Shown here piece after piece: positions 47,793-56,634 of a stretch of DNA of 57,482 nucleotides; the first letter of the stretch is position 1; each line of letters begins with the position of its first letter. Made by a program: the position numbers and the translations under genes. The notes beneath the pieces were generated by a model, which was not told where the DNA came from, ran no database searches, and worked only from the letters and a program-made list of their open reading frames with translations. Source of the stretch: Erysipelotrichaceae bacterium. GTDB taxonomy: Bacteria > Bacillota_I > Bacilli_A > RFN20 > CAG-826. The stretch is taken from positions 1 through 57,482 of the forward strand of contig JAAYDH010000020.1 of NCBI GenBank assembly GCA_012729405.1, given 5' to 3'.

Positions 47793-49556
47793 ATGTCATT
47801 AGTTAATATTAAAATCGAAGGCAAACCCTTCCAAGTCGAAGCTGGTTTAACCGTCCTCGAAGCTTGCCGTAAATGCGGTTTCGTGATTCCCTCCCTCTGC
47901 TCTTTCAATCATGGTCAAAACTCGCTTGCGAGTTGCCGTGTTTGTCTCGTTGAGATCAAGGGTGCTCGTGGATTAAGTGCCTCTTGTGTCTACCCCGTAA
48001 GCGAAGGAATGGAAATCAGCATTTCCTCCCAGACCGCAATGGAAGCCCGTCGCGCATCCGTCGAACTAATCCTTAGCAATCACGAGAAAAACTGCTTGCA
48101 ATGCCCTAAAAATGGCCACTGTGAACTATTACACGTTGCCGAATTGGTTCAAGCCCGTGATCAAAAATATATTGGTGCTTTCTCTGAGAACACTGTCGAT
48201 GAACTCGCTCCTGGCCTAATTCGCAACACCGCAAAATGTATTCTTTGTGGTCGCTGTATCGAGAGATGTAAAGATGCTCAAGGCATTTCCATTCTCGGAT
48301 TCGAGAACCGCGGATTCCAGACCATTGTGGCCCCAGTTCAAAACCGCAGCTTTGCTGAATCTCCATGTTTACAATGTGGACAATGTGTTATTGTCTGTCC
48401 AACTGGTGCGTTGATGGAACACAGCGAAATCGACAAAGTCGATGCCGCGATTAAAGCTGGTAAGAAAGTTATTGTTCAAACTGCTCCAGCTGTCCGTGCC
48501 GCTATTGCTGAAGAATTCGATGAACCCATTGGAACCCCGGGCACCGGCAAGATGGTTGCCGCCTTACACCGTTTAGGTTTCTTCCGTGTCTTTGACACCA
48601 ATTTTGGTGCCGACTTAACCATCATGGAAGAGGCGAATGAACTCCTTCACAGAATCAAAACCGGCGGAACCCTCCCACAAATCACATCCTGTTCACCAGG
48701 CTGGATTAACTATATGGAGTATTTCCACCCAGAATTAATTCCAAATATTTCTACCTGCAAATCACCACACATGATGGTGGGTGCAATTATTAAATCCTAC
48801 TTCGCTAAAAGCCATAACATTGACCCAGAAGACATCTTTGTTGTTTCTGTTATGCCGTGCACTGCGAAGAAATACGAGCGTTCTCGTCCAGAGATGGATA
48901 AGGATGTTGACGCCGTTATCACTGCAAGGGAATTAGCGAAGATGATCAAACGCGCTGGTATCGTCTGGAAGAAACTTCCGGACGAAGAATTCGATCAAGA
49001 CCTACTAGGTGATTATTCTGGCGCTGGTGTTATATTTGGTGTCAGCGGTGGTGTTATGGAAGCCGCTTTAAGAACCACCTTCTTCTGGTTAACCGGAAAA
49101 GAGTATCCGAAGATTGAATTCCAAGCCGTCCGTGGTTTGAAATACGTTAAGGAAGCTACAATTGATGTCGAAGGTAAGATTATTAAAGTTGCCGTCACAT
49201 CCGGAATGAAGAACGCCGAGCCCTTACTAAAAGAAGTTGCAAATGGCACTTCACCATACACCTTCATTGAAGTGATGGGCTGCCCAGGCGGATGTATTAA
49301 CGGTGGTGGTATGCCATACGTTAAACCTCTCCTGCTCCCTAATGAGGATGACGATATTTTAGACACGTACTGTCAAAAGAGAGCCAGTGTTCTTTATAGT
49401 GAAGACGAGAGACAAGTTGTTCGTCAGTCACACAACAATAAAGATATTCAAAGACTCTATAAAGACTTCCTCGGAGAACCTGGAAGCGAGATCGCTGAAG
49501 AGTTGTTACACACTCACTACAACGCTCATCGCGAAAAGTATCCAAATAAAAAGTAG
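47793..49556 (+). CDS. hydA: [FeFe]-hydrogenase catalytic subunit HydA (M3 architecture)
   Basis: N-terminal [2Fe-2S] domain, a His-ligated cluster motif (HEKNCLQCPKNGHC) and two ferredoxin motifs. H-cluster motifs L2 (MPCTAKKYE) and L3 (EVMGCPGGCINGGG) are canonical. L1 reads TSCSPGW. Confidence 0.9.
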   Translation: MSLVNIKIEGKPFQVEAGLTVLEACRKCGFVIPSLCSFNHGQNSLASCRVCLVEIKGARGLSASCVYPVSEGMEISISSQTAMEARRASVELILSNHEKNCLQCPKNGHCELLHVAELVQARDQKYIGAFSENTVDELAPGLIRNTAKCILCGRCIERCKDAQGISILGFENRGFQTIVAPVQNRSFAESPCLQCGQCVIVCPTGALMEHSEIDKVDAAIKAGKKVIVQTAPAVRAAIAEEFDEPIGTPGTGKMVAALHRLGFFRVFDTNFGADLTIMEEANELLHRIKTGGTLPQITSCSPGWINYMEYFHPELIPNISTCKSPHMMVGAIIKSYFAKSHNIDPEDIFVVSVMPCTAKKYERSRPEMDKDVDAVITARELAKMIKRAGIVWKKLPDEEFDQDLLGDYSGAGVIFGVSGGVMEAALRTTFFWLTGKEYPKIEFQAVRGLKYVKEATIDVEGKIIKVAVTSGMKNAEPLLKEVANGTSPYTFIEVMGCPGGCINGGGMPYVKPLLLPNEDDDILDTYCQKRASVLYSEDERQVVRQSHNNKDIQRLYKDFLGEPGSEIAEELLHTHYNAHREKYPNKK

Positions 49557-49570
49557 CAAATTTGAAAAAT

Positions 49571-49606
49571 GGGACAAGAAATCGTATGAAAACTTGTCCT
49601 ATTTTC
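49571..49606 (+). terminator. Intrinsic terminator after hydA
   Basis: Stem GGACAAG (49572-49578) pairs with CTTGTCC (49593-49599), followed by TATTTTC. Confidence 0.6.
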
Positions 49607-49629
49607 ATAGAATAGAAGTGTAGTTTGTT

Positions 49630-50967
49630 ATGAATATAAGATTTTACAACTCGTTAACCAATTCCGTTGAACCATTCAAACCAATTCACGAAGGAAAAGT
49701 GTCAATGTATGTCTGTGGACCAACGGTCTACAACTTTCCTCATATTGGCAATATGCGTCCAGTGGTTGTCTTTGACACCCTTAGGCGGTTTTTGAACTAT
49801 GTTGGTTTCGAGGTCACTTATGTCAGCAACTTTACTGATGTTGATGACAAAATTATCAAAGAAGCTGAAAAACAAGGTAAGACCGAAAAGGAGTTGACTG
49901 AGTTTTTCATTGGTGAATTTCAAAAGACCACCCTCCAAATTGGAAGTGAACTTCCAAATATCGCTCCAAAGGTTACCGAATATCTTCCAAAAATCATTGA
50001 TTATGTCGCTCGCCTCGTTGAATTAGGGGCCGCCTATGTTGTAGATGGCGATGTTTTCTTCCGTATCTCAAAAATTTCTGATTATGGATGCCTCAGTAAA
50101 ATTAACATTGACGATCTATTAGTTGGCGCCCGAATTGAAGAGAACAACAAAAAGGAAAGTCCTCTTGATTTCGCTCTTTGGAAGAAGACAAACACTGGCC
50201 TTTGCTGGGATTCACCGTGGGGAAAAGGACGCCCCGGGTGGCACACTGAGTGTTGCGTTATGATCGACACCATTTTTGAAGATCACTACATTGATATTCA
50301 TGGTGGCGGATACGATTTAAAATTTCCCCATCACGAAAACGAAATTGCCCAAGCTGAAGCAATGCATCATAACAAAATCGCTAAATATTGGCTTCATAAT
50401 GCATTCATCAATTTTGGTTCTGAGAAGATGTCCAAATCGTTAGGCAACGTCCTTTTTGCAAAGGACACGATCGAGAAATTTGGTGGTCCAACTTGCCGCC
50501 TCGTGATCCTCAATGCACATTATCGTCAACCTGTAAGTTTCACTGATGAAACGATTAATGCAGCGACTCAAGAGGTTAACAAACTATCTTTTGCCTATCG
50601 TCAATTAGCTTTAGCATTACAAATTAATAATGTTGATGTCCCGCAAGGTAAAACATCCAACATGGAGAAGTTTTTAGAAGCTTTAGCGGATGATTTAAAT
50701 ACCGCGAATGCGCTCGCTGAATTGTATCAAGTTACTAAAGTGGCCAACCAAATTTTGCGCAATAGAGAAATTAATCTGCAAAAAGCCTCTGAAATCTTTA
50801 AAACAATGAATGCTATGTTTAATGTCCTCGGACTCGATATTACCTATCGAAAACTAACCGATGATGACAAAAAAATTTATCATGATTATCTTACTGCGAA
50901 ATCAAATAAAGACTTCGCTCTTTCTGATCAACTCAGAATTATATTGATGGAAAGGAATATTTTGTAG
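49630..50967 (+). CDS. cysS: Cysteine--tRNA ligase
   Basis: HIGN (HIGH-type) and KMSKS motifs, 445 aa. Confidence 0.96.
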   Translation: MNIRFYNSLTNSVEPFKPIHEGKVSMYVCGPTVYNFPHIGNMRPVVVFDTLRRFLNYVGFEVTYVSNFTDVDDKIIKEAEKQGKTEKELTEFFIGEFQKTTLQIGSELPNIAPKVTEYLPKIIDYVARLVELGAAYVVDGDVFFRISKISDYGCLSKINIDDLLVGARIEENNKKESPLDFALWKKTNTGLCWDSPWGKGRPGWHTECCVMIDTIFEDHYIDIHGGGYDLKFPHHENEIAQAEAMHHNKIAKYWLHNAFINFGSEKMSKSLGNVLFAKDTIEKFGGPTCRLVILNAHYRQPVSFTDETINAATQEVNKLSFAYRQLALALQINNVDVPQGKTSNMEKFLEALADDLNTANALAELYQVTKVANQILRNREINLQKASEIFKTMNAMFNVLGLDITYRKLTDDDKKIYHDYLTAKSNKDFALSDQLRIILMERNIL

Positions 50968-50983
50968 TTTAAAATGTTGTAGT

Positions 50984-51703
50984 ATGACTAAATTAGAAAA
51001 TTTAATTTATGGGAGAAATTCTGTTAAAGAAGCTATATTCTCTGGACAGGCTACAAAAGTATTCATCAGCAAGACAATTAAAAAAGATGAATTTACTGAT
51101 AAGGCTGTTAACAAAAAAATACCGGTAACATACCTTAGCAACAATGAACTTGATTTGATGGTCTCGACCAGCATTCATCAAGGAGTTGTCGCTGAGATTA
51201 AAAAATACGAATACTTTACTTTTGAACACCTCTTATCGTTGGTCAAGAAAGTCGAGCATCCTGTTATCGTTTTGTTAGATGGCATTACAGATCCACAAAA
51301 TTTCGGAGCAATTTTAAGAAGTTGCGATGTATTTAATGTAACTGGTGTCATTATTCCAAAGCATGAACAAGTCCCCTTGAACGCTACTGTCGCTAAAACA
51401 TCAGCTGGAGCTATCAATTATGTTCCTGTTGTTCTAGTTAGCAATCTCAATAACGCGATACGAACTTTGAAAGAAAATGGTTTCTGGATCGTCAGTACCG
51501 ATGGTGCTGGAACGATGAATTATTTTGAACTATCTTATGATTTTCCAACGGCATTGATTATCGGAAGTGAAGGAAAAGGCATTTCTAAACTAACGCTCAA
51601 AAATTCGGATTATGTTGTGAAAATCCCAATCTTGGGGCACCTCAATTCACTAAACGCATCTGTTGCCGCCGGCATCTTACTAAGTAGAATTCGAAATAAA
51701 TAA
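50984..51703 (+). CDS. rlmB: 23S rRNA (guanosine-2'-O-)-methyltransferase RlmB (SpoU/TrmH family)
   Basis: 239 aa with an IYGRNSVKEAI N-terminus and the SpoU knot motifs (GSEGKGIS, LNASVAAGILL). Synteny with cysS matches Bacillota. Confidence 0.88.
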   Translation: MTKLENLIYGRNSVKEAIFSGQATKVFISKTIKKDEFTDKAVNKKIPVTYLSNNELDLMVSTSIHQGVVAEIKKYEYFTFEHLLSLVKKVEHPVIVLLDGITDPQNFGAILRSCDVFNVTGVIIPKHEQVPLNATVAKTSAGAINYVPVVLVSNLNNAIRTLKENGFWIVSTDGAGTMNYFELSYDFPTALIIGSEGKGISKLTLKNSDYVVKIPILGHLNSLNASVAAGILLSRIRNK

Positions 51704-51711
51704 AAAATAGG

Positions 51712-51738
51712 TTCCTCCCCACCAAGGAGGAATTTTTT
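51712..51738 (+). promoter_or_regulatory. Hairpin pairing an anti-SD sequence with the RBS of the sigma-factor gene; also terminator-like for rlmB
   Basis: TTCCTCC (51712-51718) pairs perfectly with GGAGGAA (51726-51732) around a 7-nt loop. T6 follows, then ATG 51739. Confidence 0.6.
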
Positions 51739-52344
51739 ATGTCTCTAAGAGATCTAAGCGATGAAGAATGCGTTCTTTTAGCTCAAACCGGAAACGCGGA
51801 TGCACTTAATCACTTGATAATGCGTTACCAAAAGTATTCATATGGATTAGCTATCAATTTTTATAACACCAACCGACAAAGCGGGATCAATGTTGATGAA
51901 CTCCGTTCAGTCGCGGAAGAAATGATTATTACCGCAATCACAAATTTTTCAAATTGCATCCAAATGTTTTATCCTTATTGGAGAACGATAGCAACCAACG
52001 AGATGATTAAATATAATGAGCAAAATTCGTATTTTCATCACGCGAGAACTTTTAATGGAATCTCACTCAATGATGAAAACGAAGACAACTTTTCAAATGA
52101 CCAGATACTCGGAGAACCCGATTATAAAATCGATGAGAGTCTTTTAGTCGATTCGTATTTCGAACTTTTAGAAGATCCAAAAAACGGCTTTTCTAACAAT
52201 GAAAAGAAAGTTATGAAATTGACTTATGAGGGATATGAGCCAACCGAGATTATGAAACTGCTCAAGTGGACCAAATCTCAAGTCTATTATGCTTTGAAGA
52301 ACGCTAAACAAAAAATCACTGCGATATTATCCAAAATTTGGTAA
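51739..52344 (+). CDS. sigH: Alternative sigma-70-family factor, SigH-like by synteny
   Basis: 201 aa with a region 2-like N-terminus (LLAQTGNADALNHLIMRYQKYSYGLAINFY) and a region 4 HTH (EPTEIMKLLKWTKSQVYYALKNAKQKI). Its position after cysS-rlmB matches sigH in Bacillota. Confidence 0.65.
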   Translation: MSLRDLSDEECVLLAQTGNADALNHLIMRYQKYSYGLAINFYNTNRQSGINVDELRSVAEEMIITAITNFSNCIQMFYPYWRTIATNEMIKYNEQNSYFHHARTFNGISLNDENEDNFSNDQILGEPDYKIDESLLVDSYFELLEDPKNGFSNNEKKVMKLTYEGYEPTEIMKLLKWTKSQVYYALKNAKQKITAILSKIW

Positions 52345-52384
52345 ACGTATTATGTTAATTGATATTTTTTTAAAATATTCAACA

Positions 52385-52393
52385 TGGTATAAT
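52385..52393 (+). promoter_or_regulatory. Extended -10 promoter element (TGgTATAAT) 7 nt upstream of the ecfA1 ATG
   Basis: TG at 52385-52386 and TATAAT at 52388-52393. There is no SD between it and ATG 52401. Confidence 0.5.
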
Positions 52394-52400
52394 TACCGCT

Positions 52401-53222
52401 ATGGAAGAAATAGTTGTAAAAAACTTAAGTTTTTCATACGACAAAACCACACCAGTTTTATCTGATGTTTCTTTCACTGTTCGCCGAGGGACCCACATTT
52501 CTATTGTCGGTCATAATGGTTCTGGCAAAAGCACACTAGCAAAACTACTAATCGGTTTGCTGGAAAGTAGCAGCGGGGAAATTTACATTGATGGAACGAT
52601 TCTGAATGAAAAAACAATTAATAATCTTCGCGGAAAAATGTGTCTCGTCTTCCAAAACCCAGATAATCAATTTATTGGGTCGACAGTTGAAGACGATATC
52701 GCTTTTGGCTTGGAAAACAAACGCGTACCTCAACTTGAGATGAAAAAGATTATTGCCGCTTTTGCCGAAGAAGTTGGAATGGGTAAATATCTCAATAAAG
52801 AACCCAGCATGCTTTCTGGCGGTCAAAAACAACGCGTTGCAATCGCGGGCGCGTTAGCCCTCTCTCCCGACATTATCATCTTTGATGAAGCTGCTTCAAT
52901 GCTTGATCCCAATGGCAAATTAGAGATTCTCAACGTCATCAAAAGGATGAGAAAAAGTAACCCTGACTTAACCATAATTTCAATTACTCACGACGTCGAA
53001 GAAGCGTTTATTAGTGATGAAGTAATTGTTTTATCGCAAGGCAAAGTTGTCATGAATGGGAGGCCTAGTGATATTTTTTCGAATCGGGATACACTGAAAA
53101 AATACAAGTTGGAAATGCCGTTTATCCTCGATTTAAAAGAAAAACTCAAAAGCATCGAGATAAATGTTCCTGTTTCGGAAAATATCAATGAAGTTGTGGA
53201 GGCCATATGCCAATCCAAATAA
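52401..53222 (+). CDS. ecfA1: Energy-coupling factor transporter ATPase EcfA1
   Basis: ABC ATPase with GHNGSGKST, LSGGQKQRVAIAGAL and IIIFDEA. First of the ecfA-ecfA-ecfT triad. Confidence 0.92.
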   Translation: MEEIVVKNLSFSYDKTTPVLSDVSFTVRRGTHISIVGHNGSGKSTLAKLLIGLLESSSGEIYIDGTILNEKTINNLRGKMCLVFQNPDNQFIGSTVEDDIAFGLENKRVPQLEMKKIIAAFAEEVGMGKYLNKEPSMLSGGQKQRVAIAGALALSPDIIIFDEAASMLDPNGKLEILNVIKRMRKSNPDLTIISITHDVEEAFISDEVIVLSQGKVVMNGRPSDIFSNRDTLKKYKLEMPFILDLKEKLKSIEINVPVSENINEVVEAICQSK

Positions 53223-54061
53223 ACGACTTGTATTATACCTACATGCCGAAGTCTCCAATTCAAACTGAGGCCTTGCGCGGAGTCTCTCTCGAAATTGAGA
53301 GTCACTCTTTTTGTGGCGTTCTAGGTCAAACAGGAAGTGGGAAGTCAACACTTATCCAAACTTTAAACGCCTTACTTATCCCAACAAAAGGCGAAGTCAA
53401 GGTTGATGAATTTATTGTTACAAGCAAAAAGAAAAAGAACAAAAAAATTAAACAGTTAAGAAAACACTTAGCAATAGTTTTTCAATTTCCTGAATACCAA
53501 CTTTTTGAAGAGACTGTTGAAAAGGACGTTGCGTTTGGCGCGAAGAATTTCGGGGCAAGTAAAGAAGAAGCTTTGGAAAAAGCCCACACCGCGTTACGTT
53601 CTGTTGGTCTTGACGAGTCCTATTTCAAACGTTCTCCTTTCGAACTCAGTGGTGGAGAAAAAAGAAGAGTCGCTCTAGCTGGTATTCTTGCTATTGAACC
53701 CGACATTCTTGTTTTGGATGAACCAACTGCCGGATTAGATCCTCAAGGTGCCTCCGATATCATGTCCCTTGTACAAGAGATGTATAAAGATGGGAAATCG
53801 ATTATTCTTGTTACCCACGATATGGATTTAGTGACTCGCTATTGCCAAAAAGTTTTTGTTCTCAAAGAAGGAGAACTTGTCTTTGAAGGTACTCCGAGCG
53901 AATTATTCAAAGATGAGGAATGTGCTCAATTTTCAATCGAAATACCTATTTTGTTTCAATATGCGAATAAACTCAAAGAAAAAGGACTTCCAATCGATAT
54001 AACTCGAATTAGGGAGACCCAGGATTTGATTAATCAAATCAAGGAGTGGAAGCTACAATGA
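53207..54061 (+). CDS. ecfA2: Energy-coupling factor transporter ATPase EcfA2
   Basis: GQTGSGKST, LSGGEKRRVALAGIL and ILVLDEPT. It overlaps ecfA1 by 16 nt. Confidence 0.92.
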   Translation: MPIQINDLYYTYMPKSPIQTEALRGVSLEIESHSFCGVLGQTGSGKSTLIQTLNALLIPTKGEVKVDEFIVTSKKKKNKKIKQLRKHLAIVFQFPEYQLFEETVEKDVAFGAKNFGASKEEALEKAHTALRSVGLDESYFKRSPFELSGGEKRRVALAGILAIEPDILVLDEPTAGLDPQGASDIMSLVQEMYKDGKSIILVTHDMDLVTRYCQKVFVLKEGELVFEGTPSELFKDEECAQFSIEIPILFQYANKLKEKGLPIDITRIRETQDLINQIKEWKLQ

Positions 54062-54939
54062 ACAGTCTAGCTTTAGGTAGATACACTCCGTATAACACTT
54101 TCACTCATCGCCTTGACCCGAGAAACAAACTCTTTTTAACTATTGCTTTAATGGTAATCATTTTCTTCCAATTCCAGGTGATGTCGACCACTTTGGTCAT
54201 AACTGGCATTTATTTAATACTATTCTTATCCCTCATGTTTGCCTCGAGGGTCAGTTTTCTCAGTTTTCTCCGCAGCCTTCGTGGAATGTGGTTCCTTGTC
54301 CTATTCATCGTCATAATTTATGTTTTTATTCCTAACACCGGATATTTTAACGTAGCTTTTAAAATTGGAACTTACCCAATTTATTGGGAAGCATTCTATC
54401 AGTCTGGCTATATCATTTTACGTTTGTTTTTGATGCTGATTTTAATGATGATTCTGACCTCAACCACCAAACCGATGGACTTAACATATGGTCTTGAATG
54501 GTACATGGCACCTTTAAAAGTGATTCGTTTTCCAGCCCACGAAATCGCGATGACAATCTCCATCGCTTTGAGATTTATCCCCACCCTTTTGGATGAGACA
54601 GCACGTATAATGAAAGCGCAGTCTTCGCGTGGTGTTGACTTCAATCGTGGAGGAATTTTCAAACGCTTCAAAGCCATCATTTCATTAATCATACCTCTCT
54701 TTGTTTCAGCGATTGAACGCTCTGAAGAATTGGCTAATGCAATGCAAGTGAGAGGTTATAATCCAAGGGCAAAACGGACTCGTTTCCACATCTTGAAATT
54801 TAGATGGGCGGACATGTTCGCGTTTTTATTTGTTATTCTTTTAATTGGTGGAGTCATTACGCTTTTTGTGTTTGATAGAATGTCTCAAAACGGCATCAAC
54901 CTAATTGAAATAATTTTCAAAATTAATCCAGGATTTTAA
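54058..54939 (+). CDS. ecfT: Energy-coupling factor transporter transmembrane subunit EcfT
   Basis: Polytopic protein with the conserved ARG-type coupling helices (MKAQSSRG...AMQVRG). ATGA overlap with the ecfA2 stop. Confidence 0.9.
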   Translation: MNSLALGRYTPYNTFTHRLDPRNKLFLTIALMVIIFFQFQVMSTTLVITGIYLILFLSLMFASRVSFLSFLRSLRGMWFLVLFIVIIYVFIPNTGYFNVAFKIGTYPIYWEAFYQSGYIILRLFLMLILMMILTSTTKPMDLTYGLEWYMAPLKVIRFPAHEIAMTISIALRFIPTLLDETARIMKAQSSRGVDFNRGGIFKRFKAIISLIIPLFVSAIERSEELANAMQVRGYNPRAKRTRFHILKFRWADMFAFLFVILLIGGVITLFVFDRMSQNGINLIEIIFKINPGF

Positions 54940-54948
54940 GGTTATTTT

Positions 54949-55677
54949 ATGAAATTGCTCGGAAAAGTAATGTATAAAGGCACTGCATATCAAGGCTGGC
55001 AAAGACAGCCGGATGCACCCACAATCGAAGAAAAAATTGAAAATATTTTGTCATTAATCCTCAATCGGGACATTGGTATTTGCGGAAGTGGTCGAACCGA
55101 TGCAGGAGTTCACGCTCGTGGACAATGTTTTCATTTTGAGGTTAATAGCGATATCGATATTAACAAGTTGAGATACTCATGTAATCAACTCCTGCCAAGC
55201 GATATCCATATCGTTTCATTAAGCAGAGTTGCTGATGATTTTCATGCTCGTTTTTCCGCGAAAGAAAAGCACTATTCTTACAACGTTTGCTTTGGGGAGA
55301 ACAATCCGTTTACGAATGAATTTTGCTACCACTTTTTAAGACCAATCGATATCGAGCTTTTTATTTCTGCCATCAAAGAATTTTATGGAACTCATTGTTT
55401 TCAGAACTTCACAAGCAAAGAGGCAGATGAGAAAAATTTTGTTCGCTCGGTTAGAGTGGAAATCTCACGGGAAGACAACAATGTTCGAGTTGATTTCTTT
55501 GGCGACGGTTTTATGAAATATATGATTAGATTCATGATTGGTACCGCCATCGCAATTGGAGAAAAAAGAGAAAAAATCGATTTTATTAGGGAACATTTGC
55601 AGGACAAGAAACCACGCGAAATTGTTCGCTACAAGGCTCCAAGCGAAGGGCTAATTTTGGAGGAAGTTAAATATTAA
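54949..55677 (+). CDS. truA: tRNA pseudouridine(38-40) synthase TruA
   Basis: GSGRTDAGVHA catalytic motif. Conserved position after ecfT. Confidence 0.93.
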   Translation: MKLLGKVMYKGTAYQGWQRQPDAPTIEEKIENILSLILNRDIGICGSGRTDAGVHARGQCFHFEVNSDIDINKLRYSCNQLLPSDIHIVSLSRVADDFHARFSAKEKHYSYNVCFGENNPFTNEFCYHFLRPIDIELFISAIKEFYGTHCFQNFTSKEADEKNFVRSVRVEISREDNNVRVDFFGDGFMKYMIRFMIGTAIAIGEKREKIDFIREHLQDKKPREIVRYKAPSEGLILEEVKY

Positions 55678-55734
55678 ACTTTAATTAAAGTTGAAGCTTT
55701 GGTATTATTTTCAAGGCTACAGGAGGTGTTGTTT

Positions 55735-56445
55735 ATGGGAAGAGCACACGAAGTCAGAGCTAAATCAATGGCGGCTACTGCCGCAAAGAAAAGCGCCCTC
55801 TTCATGAGAGCATCAAAAGAAATCTACATGGCTGCAAAGTCGGGCGAGCCTGACCCATCCATGAATTTAGCATTGAGATCAGCAATTGATAAATGGAAAG
55901 GTCAGAACGTCACCAAAGATGTCATCGACCGCGCCATTCAAAAAGCAAAGGGCGGGTCTGCAGATGCTTACTCGAGCGGTCGCTACGAAGCTTTTGGCCC
56001 TGGTGGCTCTTTATTAATCATTGACACACTTACTGAAAACAGCAATCGCGCTCTTGTTGAAGTGAGAACCGCGGTCACTAAAAAAGGCGGTCACCTCGGA
56101 AGTGTTTTATTTAACTTCATTGAGACTGGTTTTTTCCTCTTTAAAGGTGACAATCGTGATGAAGTTGAAGAGAACCTCATCCTTTCCGATGTTGATGTTC
56201 GCGAAGTCAATCAAAATGATGACGGAACTATTGAAGTCCTAGTTGAACCATCGGCATTTGGTATCGCTCGCGATGTGCTTATCGGCATGGGCGTGGCCGA
56301 ATTCGAAGTTTCCGAAGTTACTTTCTTGCCAAATGATCCGATTAAGATTGAAGATCCTGAAGAAGCGAGAAAATATCGCGAACTCTGCGACACACTTGAC
56401 GAACTTCAAGACGTCCAAAACGTCTACACGAATGTTGAAGACTAA
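55735..56445 (+). CDS. yebC: YebC/PmpR-family DNA-binding regulator
   Basis: MGRAHEVRAK... with PDPSMNLALRSAIDKWKGQNVTKDVIDRAIQKAKG. ATG 55735 lies behind caggagg. Confidence 0.88.
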   Translation: MGRAHEVRAKSMAATAAKKSALFMRASKEIYMAAKSGEPDPSMNLALRSAIDKWKGQNVTKDVIDRAIQKAKGGSADAYSSGRYEAFGPGGSLLIIDTLTENSNRALVEVRTAVTKKGGHLGSVLFNFIETGFFLFKGDNRDEVEENLILSDVDVREVNQNDDGTIEVLVEPSAFGIARDVLIGMGVAEFEVSEVTFLPNDPIKIEDPEEARKYRELCDTLDELQDVQNVYTNVED

Positions 56446-56460
56446 AATTTCATTTTAAAA

Positions 56461-56485
56461 AGGGGAGAAAGCTCCTCTTTTTTTG
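56461..56485 (+). terminator. Intrinsic terminator after yebC
   Basis: Stem AGGGGAG pairs with CTCCTCT (one G-U pair) around a 4-nt loop, followed by T7. Confidence 0.65.
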
Positions 56486-56534
56486 TTTTCCAGCTTTAAT
56501 CGCATATATACCCATTTATCTAATGAATAAATGT

Positions 56535-56563
56535 TTGACAATAACTTATATAACAAGTATGAT
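56535..56563 (+). promoter_or_regulatory. Promoter of rplM-rpsI (TTGACA - 17 nt - TATGAT), giving a leader of about 70 nt
   Basis: Consensus -35 at 56535-56540 and -10 at 56558-56563. Confidence 0.6.
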
Positions 56564-56634
56564 TTATCACGCACAGCCAAATTAGCAAAGTCCCGGTAAG
56601 ACAAAGTTAGTTTGAAAAGGAGGATTTAAGTTAT

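Noticed and set aside
49557-49629. A T-box leader upstream of cysS.
   Set aside because: The gap is only 73 nt and is filled by the hydA terminator hairpin. There is no room for the specifier, stem I or antiterminator, and no T-box consensus was seen.
41225-49629. The redox block (enoate reductase, AcnX, HydABC) considered as a mobile genomic island.
   Set aside because: No integrase, transposase, flanking direct repeats or tRNA boundary are visible. The borders are ordinary terminators.
56487-56634. A 20-codon ORF (MNKCLTITYITSMIYHAQPN) upstream of rplM.
   Set aside because: It overlaps the TTGACA/TATGAT promoter, so most of it would not be transcribed. It has no RBS.
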